This document shows, piece by piece, positions 38,916 to 47,451 of a stretch of DNA of 64,000 nt. This DNA is from Rhodoluna sp. (lineage in GTDB: Bacteria; Actinomycetota; Actinomycetes; Actinomycetales; Microbacteriaceae), in the NCBI GenBank assembly GCA_044338175.1, contig JBIIME010000001.1:34738-98737 (forward strand). Reading direction: 5' to 3'. A program made the translations under genes and the position numbers. The notes beneath the pieces are model-generated. The model ran no database searches and was not told the DNA's origin. It was given only the letters and a program-made list of their open reading frames with translations. Positions within the stretch are counted from its first letter, which is position 1. Each line of letters starts with the position of its first letter.

Positions 38916-39121
38916 TTATCTTCTTCTGCAATCGCAATCGGAAGAAACTCGCCATACTCTTCGGATAGCGCCTCTTCGTAGTTGATGAAGGAGTCCTCTA
39001 AGTTGTCGTAGGCACGCTCAACACTGGAATCTCCAGTTCCCCGCCTTGCCGCCACGGCTTCGAAATGCTTCTCAAGCGCTGCGACAAATTGCGTTAGTGC
39101 TATTCGAGGATCAGTAGCCAT
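38912..39121 (-). CDS. Small acidic hypothetical protein
   Basis: 69 aa; leaderless (TAGTTT, 6 nt, ATG); stop overlaps the uppP start. Confidence 0.75.
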   Translation of the reverse strand: MATDPRIALTQFVAALEKHFEAVAARRGTGDSSVERAYDNLEDSFINYEEALSEEYGEFLPIAIAEEDN

Positions 39122-39204
39122 AACCCAAAACTACCTTCAATCTTCCATGATGCCAAGTACCAGAAAGCTTGAGTGATGGTCCGTGATACCATCGCATCTG
39201 ATAA

Positions 39205-39287
39205 GTCCGGGTGGCGGAATGGTAGACGCGCTAGCTTGAGGTGTTAGTCCTCGCAAGGGGGTGGGGGTTCGAGTCCCCCCTCGGACA
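39205..39287 (+). tRNA. tRNA-Leu(GAG)
   Basis: Acceptor stem GTCCGGG/CTCGGAC plus discriminator A, D-loop GGAATGGTAGAC, anticodon arm CTAGC-TTGAGGT-GTTAG, long variable arm, GGTTCGAGTCC T-arm; CCA not encoded. Confidence 0.95.
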
Positions 39288-39335
39288 CTGTCAAATGTGA
39301 CAGTATGACCTGCTACCTAGGAGCCTTGACAGCCT

Positions 39336-39917
39336 TTGACAAACACACACATCGGGCTGTTTCGTCATGGGCAAACAGACTGGAACATAAATTTTCTATT
39401 GCAGGGTGTTACAGACATTCCGATGAACTCAACTGGAATTGCACAGGTAAAAACTGCCGCCAGAGCCCTACAAAGGAGCGATTGGGATCTAGTTCTCACC
39501 TCTCCACTTGGCAGAGCGCGCGAGACCGCTGAGATCATCGCGGAGCAACTGGGCTTCGATGCCATTCATCAGCAGGATCTACTAATTGAGAGATCTTTTG
39601 GCGAGGCTGAAGGTTTGGCCTACGATCAATGGAAATTGAAGTACTCGAATCTTGACGAGATTCCCGGCGGGGAATCCAAATCTGAACTGACATCAAGATC
39701 GGAACTATTACTTCAAAACCTTGCCAGCACTCATCCGGGAAAACGGATTCTTGCAATCTCTCACGGAGCACTGATAAGAACTGTTTTGTCCATCTCCAGC
39801 AAGAATGAGTTACCGCGCGATGGGGAAAGACTCGGTAACGCCTCGCTAAACATTGTCTCACATCTAGAGTCATCATGGACTGTAACGAAGTACGATCTAG
39901 ACCCGCTTAGCGATTAG
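39336..39917 (+). CDS. Histidine phosphatase (phosphoglycerate mutase-like) family protein
   Basis: RHGQTDWN, SPLGRARETA, ERSFGEAEG, SHGA. Confidence 0.9.
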   Translation: MTNTHIGLFRHGQTDWNINFLLQGVTDIPMNSTGIAQVKTAARALQRSDWDLVLTSPLGRARETAEIIAEQLGFDAIHQQDLLIERSFGEAEGLAYDQWKLKYSNLDEIPGGESKSELTSRSELLLQNLASTHPGKRILAISHGALIRTVLSISSKNELPRDGERLGNASLNIVSHLESSWTVTKYDLDPLSD

Positions 39918-40983
39918 CACTCTCAATCGAACCCAGTAGTTTGTTCGCTGAATCATCCCAGTCAAATGATTTAGCCCGATCTAGGCTATTTTGACTAGCC
40001 AGCTTCCAAGCTTCTTGCGGCTCAAGATTCTTTACAGCCGCGGCAAACTCAGCTGGAGATGTTGGATTGAAGAATATTCCGGCTGTAGAAGCTACTTCTC
40101 TAAAAATTGGAATGTCAGCTATTACAACAGGAATAGATCTCGACATTGCTTCAACTACAGGAATCCCAAAGCCCTCATCCTTAGAGGCGGTGACCAGTGC
40201 AAAACTTTCATCGAGGATCTTTAGATACTCCGCCTCTGAGGTACCGTCCATGAACCTGATTCGAGAGCTGGCTGCTGGTGTTGATTCGGAAAGAAGCTGA
40301 GCCTTGCGTTTTGGTTCTATCTTGCTGCAAAGAGTGAGCGTGTATTCAGTTAGCTCTTCCATAGCCCTGATAAGCACCTCTACATTCTTGTAGGGCATGT
40401 AACTACCCATGTATACGAGGTTCTTACTTTTTGGCGCGGTTTTTGAGGAATTCACAGTGGGCATACTCGAAGCGTTGTAGACAACATGAACAGGTCTTCT
40501 GGTCAGATGTTTTGATTCGATTAGACCCCTTGTAGTTTCTGAGATTGTGACAACGGCGTCGGATCTATTTAGCAGAATCCGAACTGGTATAAAGCTCAGA
40601 TGAAAAAGTCTCCACACTAGCCTTATCGGCCAAGCTAGCGATTCTGGAGGCTTGCGATGCTTGTAGTAAATCAAGTCGTGCAGGGTAAGAATTAGCCGAT
40701 ATTTTTTGCCTAATGAGCCCATGGTCTGCATGGGTGAGAAAACAATGCTCGCACCATGCCTGTTGAGAATGCGCGGCAGCAGTAGCTCAAGCCAGGGATT
40801 CTTTGGGTCATTCACAACAAGATGGTCGATTCCTGGCGGTAGCTCTCGGAGTTGATCTAGGTCGCAAATCAATGCTGTCACCGATACTTTGTTGGCAACT
40901 GCCGCGAATAACTCACTGGAAAACCGTGAGATTCCATCATGATGATCCACCCGGATAAATCGGCAGTCGAAGAAAAAACTCAT
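39907..40983 (-). CDS. GT-B glycosyltransferase, family 4
   Basis: DGISRF, TLHDLIY, YKNVE, EGFGIPVVEAM (EX7E motif), DIPIFREV. Confidence 0.88.
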   Translation of the reverse strand: MSFFFDCRFIRVDHHDGISRFSSELFAAVANKVSVTALICDLDQLRELPPGIDHLVVNDPKNPWLELLLPRILNRHGASIVFSPMQTMGSLGKKYRLILTLHDLIYYKHRKPPESLAWPIRLVWRLFHLSFIPVRILLNRSDAVVTISETTRGLIESKHLTRRPVHVVYNASSMPTVNSSKTAPKSKNLVYMGSYMPYKNVEVLIRAMEELTEYTLTLCSKIEPKRKAQLLSESTPAASSRIRFMDGTSEAEYLKILDESFALVTASKDEGFGIPVVEAMSRSIPVVIADIPIFREVASTAGIFFNPTSPAEFAAAVKNLEPQEAWKLASQNSLDRAKSFDWDDSANKLLGSIESANR

Positions 40984-41864
40984 TTGGTGTCTTCTACAAA
41001 GGAAGCGATGTACCTGGCTGCATGCTGCGGAGCCTCGTAATGAACCAGGTGACCAACATTTTCAATCTCCACCAGCGTTGCATTTGGGTAAAGCTTCACA
41101 ACCTTGCGCTGTATATCGATAGCCGTGATGTCATCTAGCTCGGCGGCAACAACTAGAACAGGGCTTGCTATTGACGGAGCCATTACCGAAAGATCAGTGG
41201 ATATCGACGCGTCGTAACCTTCAGTGGCGACCCTGACAGAAGCAAAGTCACTGAAGTTCGCAAGATGCTGTTTGTGAATCCAGCTACGCAGTTTTCGTTC
41301 TTTCGTCTTCGCCATTACCGAACTCATCACCATTACTGCTAGAGGGCTTTTGAGTAACCATTCACCCATTGATTCGGGTAGCAGATTGCTTAAGTGGTAG
41401 AACAAAGAGGTAATACGAGTCAAAAGCGCCCTTGGCCCCTTTAGAGCGGGCGCCGATACGGGATTAATCAAAATAATCGACCTACATAGCCTTGTTGCCG
41501 CATAGCGTCCAACTACTAATGTTCCGAAACTATGTCCTACAAGATTCGCTTGGGCTGTGAGCCCCAGCTCATCTAGGAACCGCTCTAGCCAATTGGCGTA
41601 CGAATCCAAGCTATGCGCGCTTTGCAGCTGCTCGGACTCTCCAAAGCCTGGAAGATCCGGAACAATCACACGGTAACAGTCCAGTCCGCCAACGATTGCT
41701 TCTAGTCCGCGATGGTTACCTCTATAACCGTGAACCATAACGATTGTTGAAGCCCTCTCGGACGCAGCTGGATACTCGTAGTACACACATTCAGATCCAG
41801 AAACAGTTATGTGGTTTCTGACTCCACGCTTGCGAGCTTGCTCGGTTAATTCCTGTGACAACAC
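40980..41864 (-). CDS. Alpha/beta hydrolase
   Basis: HGYRG, PDLPGFGES, GHSFG nucleophile elbow, D and GHLVHYE; leaderless (TAGACT, 6 nt, GTG). Confidence 0.88.
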   Translation of the reverse strand: MLSQELTEQARKRGVRNHITVSGSECVYYEYPAASERASTIVMVHGYRGNHRGLEAIVGGLDCYRVIVPDLPGFGESEQLQSAHSLDSYANWLERFLDELGLTAQANLVGHSFGTLVVGRYAATRLCRSIILINPVSAPALKGPRALLTRITSLFYHLSNLLPESMGEWLLKSPLAVMVMSSVMAKTKERKLRSWIHKQHLANFSDFASVRVATEGYDASISTDLSVMAPSIASPVLVVAAELDDITAIDIQRKVVKLYPNATLVEIENVGHLVHYEAPQHAARYIASFVEDTK

Positions 41865-41942
41865 GTGACAAGTCTAATGAGGCTCGATAACTGGGTATGA
41901 GTAATCCCAGCGGTTGATTGCTTTGCACCCTATTCTTCTAGT

Positions 41943-42665
41943 GTGAAAGAACAGTTGAGCTTCGACCTCAGTGACCAACTTCCCTGGGCCAAGTCTCTTG
42001 CGGTTTTCGACTTAGAGACCACGGGGTTAGATCTTTCTGAAGCGCGCATTGTTACAGCTTGCGCTGTTGCTATCGACGAGCACGGCCAGGTGACTGGTGC
42101 AAATAGTGAGTGGCTTGCGGACCCAGGAATAGAAATCCCAGAGGGAGCTTCCAATGTTCATGGTGTGACCACCGAGATCGCCAGAGCTAGGGGCCGAAAC
42201 AGTAAAGAGGTTGTTTCTGAGATTTTGGAAACACTGCGAGGATTTTTCAAAGCTGGGGTTCCGGTGGTTGCGTACAACGCACCTTATGATTTCACCATCT
42301 TGCACCACGAGGCCATTCGAAATGGCCTTGAGCCCCTTTCCGATCCGAAGCCCATTGTCGATCCCCTGGTTCTAGACAAGTTTGTGGATCAATACCGATC
42401 CGGAAAGCGAACACTTCAGGCTGCCGCTTTGGTATATGGAGTTACTCTTTCCGATGCACACAATGCTACGGCTGATGCAATTGCAGCAGGCAGGGTGGCT
42501 CAGGCCATAGCGCTAAAGCACTCGGCCAAGTTACCTTCGGATGCATTTGAGCTTCATGATGCTCAGAAAGTGTGGAGCGTCAAACAGGACGACTCGTATG
42601 AGATCTTTCGGAGGAAGAGCTCTCCGGATTTTGAGGTTGTAAGAGGTTGGCCAGTAAAGCTTTAG
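41943..42665 (+). CDS. DEDDh 3'-5' exonuclease (DnaQ/epsilon-like)
   Basis: [22 protein letters not shown]; leaderless (TATTCT, 6 nt, GTG). Confidence 0.9.
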   Translation: MKEQLSFDLSDQLPWAKSLAVFDLETTGLDLSEARIVTACAVAIDEHGQVTGANSEWLADPGIEIPEGASNVHGVTTEIARARGRNSKEVVSEILETLRGFFKAGVPVVAYNAPYDFTILHHEAIRNGLEPLSDPKPIVDPLVLDKFVDQYRSGKRTLQAAALVYGVTLSDAHNATADAIAAGRVAQAIALKHSAKLPSDAFELHDAQKVWSVKQDDSYEIFRRKSSPDFEVVRGWPVKL

Positions 42666-42913
42666 GAGCCAAAGTTTTTGTATCGAGAGTTGAACTTCTC
42701 CACTCGTCCAGCAGCATCCATAATTCTCTGCTTACCGGTGTAGAAAGGGTGCGAGGCTGAAGAAATTTCAACATCGAAAACTGGGTATTCCTGACCGTCT
42801 TCCCACTTCAAAGTCTTAGTGCTGGTTAGCGTTGAGCGAGTTAGAAAGCTCTCACCAGAGGCAAGGTCGCGAAAAATTACTGCCTGGTAGTTCGGGTGGA
42901 TTTCTGACTTCAT
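42662..42913 (-). CDS. rpmE2: 50S ribosomal protein L31 type B (Cys-less)
   Basis: [14 protein letters not shown]...[30 protein letters not shown]; ATG at 42913. Confidence 0.95.
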   Translation of the reverse strand: MKSEIHPNYQAVIFRDLASGESFLTRSTLTSTKTLKWEDGQEYPVFDVEISSASHPFYTGKQRIMDAAGRVEKFNSRYKNFGS

Positions 42914-42997
42914 GGAAAAATCTTTCTTTGGTCCAAGGATTTGCGCCTGCATGGCAACTTCATCACTATACCAGAGGCAAAACTGGATAACTAGCGC

Positions 42998-43783
42998 CTA
43001 TTTTCCTGGCCGAAGGCGGAACCTACCGGACTCATTGGTGACCTGAAGTGGGTAGCCAAACGCCTGAGTGACCTTCTCGGTGGTGATTGTGCTAGCGAGC
43101 TCTCCAGCCGCAAAAACCTGACCTTTGCTAAGAATTAGCGCATGTGTGAAGCCTTTTGGAATTTCCTCGATGTGATGGGTGACCATAACTATTGCAGGGG
43201 CGGTGGGAGCCTGAGCGTAGCTTGACAGCACCTCAATGGTGTGCTCTCTAGCTGCCATATCCAGGCTGGCCACTGGCTCGTCCAAAAGAAGAAGCTCTGG
43301 ATCAGTCATCACTGATCTAGCGATTTGTGCACGCTTTTTCTCTCCGTCACTAAGTGTTCCAAAAGGCCTCTCGCCGTAACCATCGAGTTGCCATTCTGCG
43401 AGTACGCGATTGGCACGACGCTTATCCACGTCTTCATACATCTCATTCCAACGCCCGGTTATCCCATAGCTAGCTGTCATAACGGCATCTAGTACGGTCT
43501 CGGAATTGGGAATGTGCTGAGACAAAGCATTGGAGGCGAAACCTATTCTGGTTTTGAGCTCGAAGACGTCAACCGAACCAAGCGTGTGACCGAGAATCTT
43601 CGCGATTCCGGTGGTGGGCTGAATCTGTGCCGCCGCGACCCGTAGCAGCGTTGTCTTACCGGCACCGTTTGGGCCGATTATGACCCAACGCTGATTTGAA
43701 TCAACTTGCCAATCTAAGTTGTTGAGTATTGGCTTGCCATCTCGTTGCACTGTGATGTTGTTGAAATCCAAAACCCTACTCAT
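42998..43783 (-). CDS. Orphan ABC transporter ATP-binding protein (ModF-like)
   Basis: GPNGAGKTT, LSDGE, LLLDEP, VTHHIEEI; ATG 43783 lies 7 nt after TATGCT. Confidence 0.85.
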   Translation of the reverse strand: MSRVLDFNNITVQRDGKPILNNLDWQVDSNQRWVIIGPNGAGKTTLLRVAAAQIQPTTGIAKILGHTLGSVDVFELKTRIGFASNALSQHIPNSETVLDAVMTASYGITGRWNEMYEDVDKRRANRVLAEWQLDGYGERPFGTLSDGEKKRAQIARSVMTDPELLLLDEPVASLDMAAREHTIEVLSSYAQAPTAPAIVMVTHHIEEIPKGFTHALILSKGQVFAAGELASTITTEKVTQAFGYPLQVTNESGRFRLRPGK

Positions 43784-43839
43784 GTGAATCAGCATAATCG
43801 ATGGCCAGCCAAGGTCCTGGACTGCTCTAACATCGAGTT

Positions 43840-43884
43840 ATGGATTCTTACCTTTTCTGGTTCGCTTCGGTGGTCGGGCAGTGA
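43840..43884 (+). CDS. Putative leaderless 14-codon upstream ORF MDSYLFWFASVVGQ
   Basis: TAACAT (43828-43833), 6 nt, ATG 43840; TGA overlaps the serB GTG start (GTGA). Confidence 0.45.
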   Translation: MDSYLFWFASVVGQ

Positions 43885-44522
43885 AAAAGTATCTACTCGT
43901 ACTAGATGTTGACTCGACGATGATCGAGCAAGAAGTCATTGAGTTGCTCGCAGATAGAGTTGGTCTTAGAGATCAAGTCAAGATTCTCACCGATCAGGCC
44001 ATGGCTGGAGAGATTGACTTCCGTGAGGCCCTGCTGCAAAGAGTTGGTTTACTGAAGGGCCTTAGCGCGGTGGTGTTTCAAGACATTCTCGCCGAAATCA
44101 AGATAACTGATGGGGTTCGAGAGCTTGTTAGCTCGATCCATGAATCGAATGGAATGGTTGGTGCCATTAGTGGCGGTTTCTCTCAGGTTCTCGAGCCTCT
44201 CGCCCAATCGCTTGGTTTGGACATTTTCTTGGCTAACAATCTTGAAGTAGTCGACGGCCTGATCACCGGCAGGATTTCTGGCGAGATTGTCGATGCCGAT
44301 ATGAAGGCAAGAACTTTATTGCACTGGGCTCAACAATACGGAATCGATGTTGACGACACGATTGCAATTGGCGATGGGGCGAACGACATACCGATGCTAA
44401 AGGCTTCAGGCTTCGGGGTGGCCTTTAGACCGAAGGATGTTTTGCGCCCTCACGCCGACCTAATTATTGAGGGAAACTCCCTTGCGCCTGTTATTGCGCA
44501 GCTTGAACTACGCTCCAGTTGA
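43881..44522 (+). CDS. serB: Phosphoserine phosphatase (HAD, no ACT domain)
   Basis: DVDSTMIEQEVIE, AMAGEIDF, SGGF, GDGANDIPM. Confidence 0.92.
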   Translation: MKKYLLVLDVDSTMIEQEVIELLADRVGLRDQVKILTDQAMAGEIDFREALLQRVGLLKGLSAVVFQDILAEIKITDGVRELVSSIHESNGMVGAISGGFSQVLEPLAQSLGLDIFLANNLEVVDGLITGRISGEIVDADMKARTLLHWAQQYGIDVDDTIAIGDGANDIPMLKASGFGVAFRPKDVLRPHADLIIEGNSLAPVIAQLELRSS

Positions 44523-45275
44523 GTGCAGTCCACCATCGACGTGAATCATCTCACCGGTTGTTGCAGGGAACCAATCTGAAAGAAGAGCAATAACTCCCCT
44601 GGCTGCTGCTTCGGTGTTCGCAAGATCCCAACCAAGCGGTGCACGGTCTGTCCAAAGCTCTTCCATAGTTGCAAATCCTGGGATGCCTTTGGCAGCTGTT
44701 GTTCGAAGCGGTCCGGCAGAAATCAAATTCACACGGATTCCATCCTTACCTAGATACCTCGCAAGGTATCTAGAGGTGGCTTCAAATGCAGCTTTTGCAA
44801 CACCCATCCAGTCATAGACCGGCCAGGAAACACGTGCATCAAAAGTTAGACCAACAATTGAAGAAGGATTTCTTAGAACTGGTTTCGCGGCTATGGTGAT
44901 CGACTTCAGCGAGTAGGCAGAAACCTCTACTGCAGTTGAAACATCTGGCCACTGCGTTTCTAGGAAGTTTCCACCCAATGCGGTTTGAGGTGCAAAAGCG
45001 ATTGCGTGAACGATTCCATCAATTGAATCAAAATGAGCAGAGATTCGCCCCGAAAGTTCCTTTAGGTCAGTCTCGTTTGTGGCATCTAATTCAATAACTG
45101 GGGCTGACTTTGGAAGTCTTTCAGCAATCTTCGTGGTGATCGGAAGCATGCGACCAAAGGATGAGAGTATGACCTCAGCGCCTTCTTCTTGGGCGAGACG
45201 CGCAACAGAGAATGCAATTGAAGCCTCGGTGAGAACACCAGTAACAAGTATCTTTTTACCTTCTAGAATTCCCAT
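44508..45275 (-). CDS. fabI: Enoyl-ACP reductase (InhA-like)
   Basis: LVTGVLTEASIA, HAIAFAP, YDWMGVAKA, SAGPLRT, VDGG; ATG 45275. Confidence 0.93.
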   Translation of the reverse strand: MGILEGKKILVTGVLTEASIAFSVARLAQEEGAEVILSSFGRMLPITTKIAERLPKSAPVIELDATNETDLKELSGRISAHFDSIDGIVHAIAFAPQTALGGNFLETQWPDVSTAVEVSAYSLKSITIAAKPVLRNPSSIVGLTFDARVSWPVYDWMGVAKAAFEATSRYLARYLGKDGIRVNLISAGPLRTTAAKGIPGFATMEELWTDRAPLGWDLANTEAAARGVIALLSDWFPATTGEMIHVDGGLHSTGA

Positions 45276-45325
45276 GCGCGTTCTCCTAAACATTGACTTC
45301 TACGAAAAGCCTTCAACAAGTAAAT

Positions 45326-46036
45326 CTAGTGCCCCATGCCTAAACCGCCATCAACTGGAATAACTGCACCAGAAATGTAGGCAGCCTCATCACTTGCTAG
45401 CCAGCAAACCACCTTGGCGACCTCGGAAGGTGCGGCAAATCTACCTGCTGGGATTCTCTCAAGATATTGTTTTTGTTGCTCTGGCTCCATCTCAGAGGTC
45501 ATGTCTGTGTCTATAAATCCTGGTGCAATCACATTTGCGGTGATCCCGCGACCGCCCAGTTCACGGGTTATAGATCTTGCCATTCCAACAAGTGCTGCCT
45601 TTGCGGCTGAGTAATTGACCTGACCCGGGGAACCCAAGAGGGCTACAACGCTTCCCACCAATATGACACGACCAAATCTTTGTTTGATCATTGACTTGGT
45701 CGCTCTTTTCACAACTCGAAAGACGCCATTGAGGTTTACATTGACTACTTCTTCGAAGTCCTCGTCGCTCATTCGTAGCAAAAGGGTGTCTTTGGTGATG
45801 CCAGCGTTAGCAACCAAGACCTCAATTGGACCAAGTTCTTGCTCCGTCTTGGCTATTGCTTCATCCAAGGAATCAGAGTCCGTCACATCTGCTTTTAGAG
45901 ATAGCGACCCTTCGGGACCAGTTCCAGTGCGAACGGTAACGGCGACTTTGTGGCCTTGCTCGATAAACTCCTTCGCAATAGCGTAGCCAATGCCTCTATT
46001 TCCACCGGTTATGAAGACAACTCGGGATTGGGTCAT
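45326..46036 (-). CDS. fabG: 3-oxoacyl-ACP reductase (MabA-like)
   Basis: TGGNRGIG, NAGITKD, YSAAK, PGFIDTDMT, VDGGLGMGH; fabG-fabI pair. Confidence 0.93.
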   Translation of the reverse strand: MTQSRVVFITGGNRGIGYAIAKEFIEQGHKVAVTVRTGTGPEGSLSLKADVTDSDSLDEAIAKTEQELGPIEVLVANAGITKDTLLLRMSDEDFEEVVNVNLNGVFRVVKRATKSMIKQRFGRVILVGSVVALLGSPGQVNYSAAKAALVGMARSITRELGGRGITANVIAPGFIDTDMTSEMEPEQQKQYLERIPAGRFAAPSEVAKVVCWLASDEAAYISGAVIPVDGGLGMGH

Positions 46037-46132
46037 CGGATTCTCTTTCCTCGCGCAAATTTCTATGACAGGTTTGGACTATCGCAATTCTAGCCTTACC
46101 CTTGTATTGAACCTATCTACCTGAAAGTAGCC

Positions 46133-46426
46133 TTGGCTAAAGCTCAAAGCATCACAACAGTTAGCGAGTCCCCCGACGACGAGCGCCGATCTCGCATGCT
46201 CAAATACACCGTTGCCATGACAATCAGGGTCATTTGCATTGTTGTTGCCATCTTTGTTGAAGGCTGGCTTATGTGGCTTGCTTTTGCCGGGGCCATCTTC
46301 CTTCCGTACTTTGCTGTGGTGCTTGCCAATGCGCAAGGCCCTAAGCCAGGTGAAATTTCGAAGGTCACCCAGGTCATACGACCAGTTGGTTCAACGCAAA
46401 GCCCAGAGCCCACTACAAAGATTTAG
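46133..46426 (+). CDS. DUF3099 family membrane protein
   Basis: RM.KY...M.IRV.C...GAIFLPYFAVVLANA motif; typical position divergent from fabG. Confidence 0.82.
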   Translation: MAKAQSITTVSESPDDERRSRMLKYTVAMTIRVICIVVAIFVEGWLMWLAFAGAIFLPYFAVVLANAQGPKPGEISKVTQVIRPVGSTQSPEPTTKI

Positions 46427-46636
46427 ATGTCGATTTTTAGTCTCGACCCAATAGAAGCCCAGTGTTCAAGAGCTGGCTGCACTAAACCGGCAACCACCAC
46501 CTTGATTTGGGCGAACCCAAGCATCCATAGGGACGGCAAGTCGAAGACGTGGCTGTCTTGTGGTGAGCACTTAGATTACCTAAGAAGCTTTCTTACTGAT
46601 CGATCTTTTCTTCTCGAAGAGAGCGCCTTCAATTGA
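46427..46636 (+). CDS. Small Cys/His-containing hypothetical protein
   Basis: CSRAGC...WANPSIH...KTWLSCGEH..YL.SFL; abuts DUF3099 and overlaps the SURF1 start. Confidence 0.75.
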   Translation: MSIFSLDPIEAQCSRAGCTKPATTTLIWANPSIHRDGKSKTWLSCGEHLDYLRSFLTDRSFLLEESAFN

Positions 46637-47451
46637 GAAATTTAGTAAGGCCCTGGGTACGTTGGACGGGCTGGTTTTTAGTTGCGAGTACTTTCGCCAT
46701 CGCGTGTGTGGCTCTCGCGAGTTGGCAGATTGACAGAAGATCAGAAGCTGTATCGAAGATTGAGCGAGTAGCCGCAAACTATGACTTGAATCCTGTGGGG
46801 TTTGATGAGGTTGCATCTTTAGATGTTGATACGGTTCTGGCGTATGAGTGGCGAAGTGTTGAGCTTTCTGGCAGGTATCTAATAGATAATTCTTTGTTGG
46901 TTAGAAATAGAGCCATCGCTGGTCAACCAGGCTTTGTCCAGCTCGTCCCATTTGAGACTGAAACTGGAATGACAGTTGTTATCGAACGTGGATGGATACC
47001 GGCAGATTCCGAACTGAATCCCTCTAGAGAACTCCTTCCTTCTGAAACAGCTAAGACAATCATTGCAAGGGTTCGCATAGGTGAGGCAATTCCGAATCGG
47101 GATTCGCCGACTGGACAGCTCACCAGCATCAATCTGCCAGAAATAGCTGAGCTACTTCCTGAAGAGCTAGAGACTGATTTCTACCTTCGCATGGTGACAG
47201 AATCTCCTGCCGAGAATTCAAATCCGCAGCCGCTAAGTCGACCAGTGTTGGACGAGGGAAATCACCTAAGCTATGCGGTGCAGTGGATCATTTTCGCCGT
47301 GATGAGCTTTTTTGCACTCTTCTGGGCAATCAGGCAGGAGAAGGAGTTTCGTAGAATGGACAAGGACCCCTCCTATGTTCCCAGGGCCGCGAAACGCAAG
47401 GCGAGCATCGATTCAAGCGTTGAAGATGAGATTCTGGACCGTACCAATTAG
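46633..47451 (+). CDS. SURF1 family protein
   Basis: LASWQIDR, WRSVELSGRY, ERGWIP, GNHLSYAVQWIIFA; two TM segments. Confidence 0.9.
   Translation: MRNLVRPWVRWTGWFLVASTFAIACVALASWQIDRRSEAVSKIERVAANYDLNPVGFDEVASLDVDTVLAYEWRSVELSGRYLIDNSLLVRNRAIAGQPGFVQLVPFETETGMTVVIERGWIPADSELNPSRELLPSETAKTIIARVRIGEAIPNRDSPTGQLTSINLPEIAELLPEELETDFYLRMVTESPAENSNPQPLSRPVLDEGNHLSYAVQWIIFAVMSFFALFWAIRQEKEFRRMDKDPSYVPRAAKRKASIDSSVEDEILDRTN

Noticed and set aside
39288-39345. Inverted repeat CTGTCA/TGACAG and short AGCCTTGAC-like direct repeat after the tRNA; ORF 39305-39532
   Set aside because: Repeats are too short to distinguish from chance, and the ORF overlaps the phosphatase out of frame
39205-41864. Possible genomic island integrated at tRNA-Leu
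   Set aside because: No integrase, no duplicated tRNA 3' end seen and no evident compositional shift; flanking genes look like core genes
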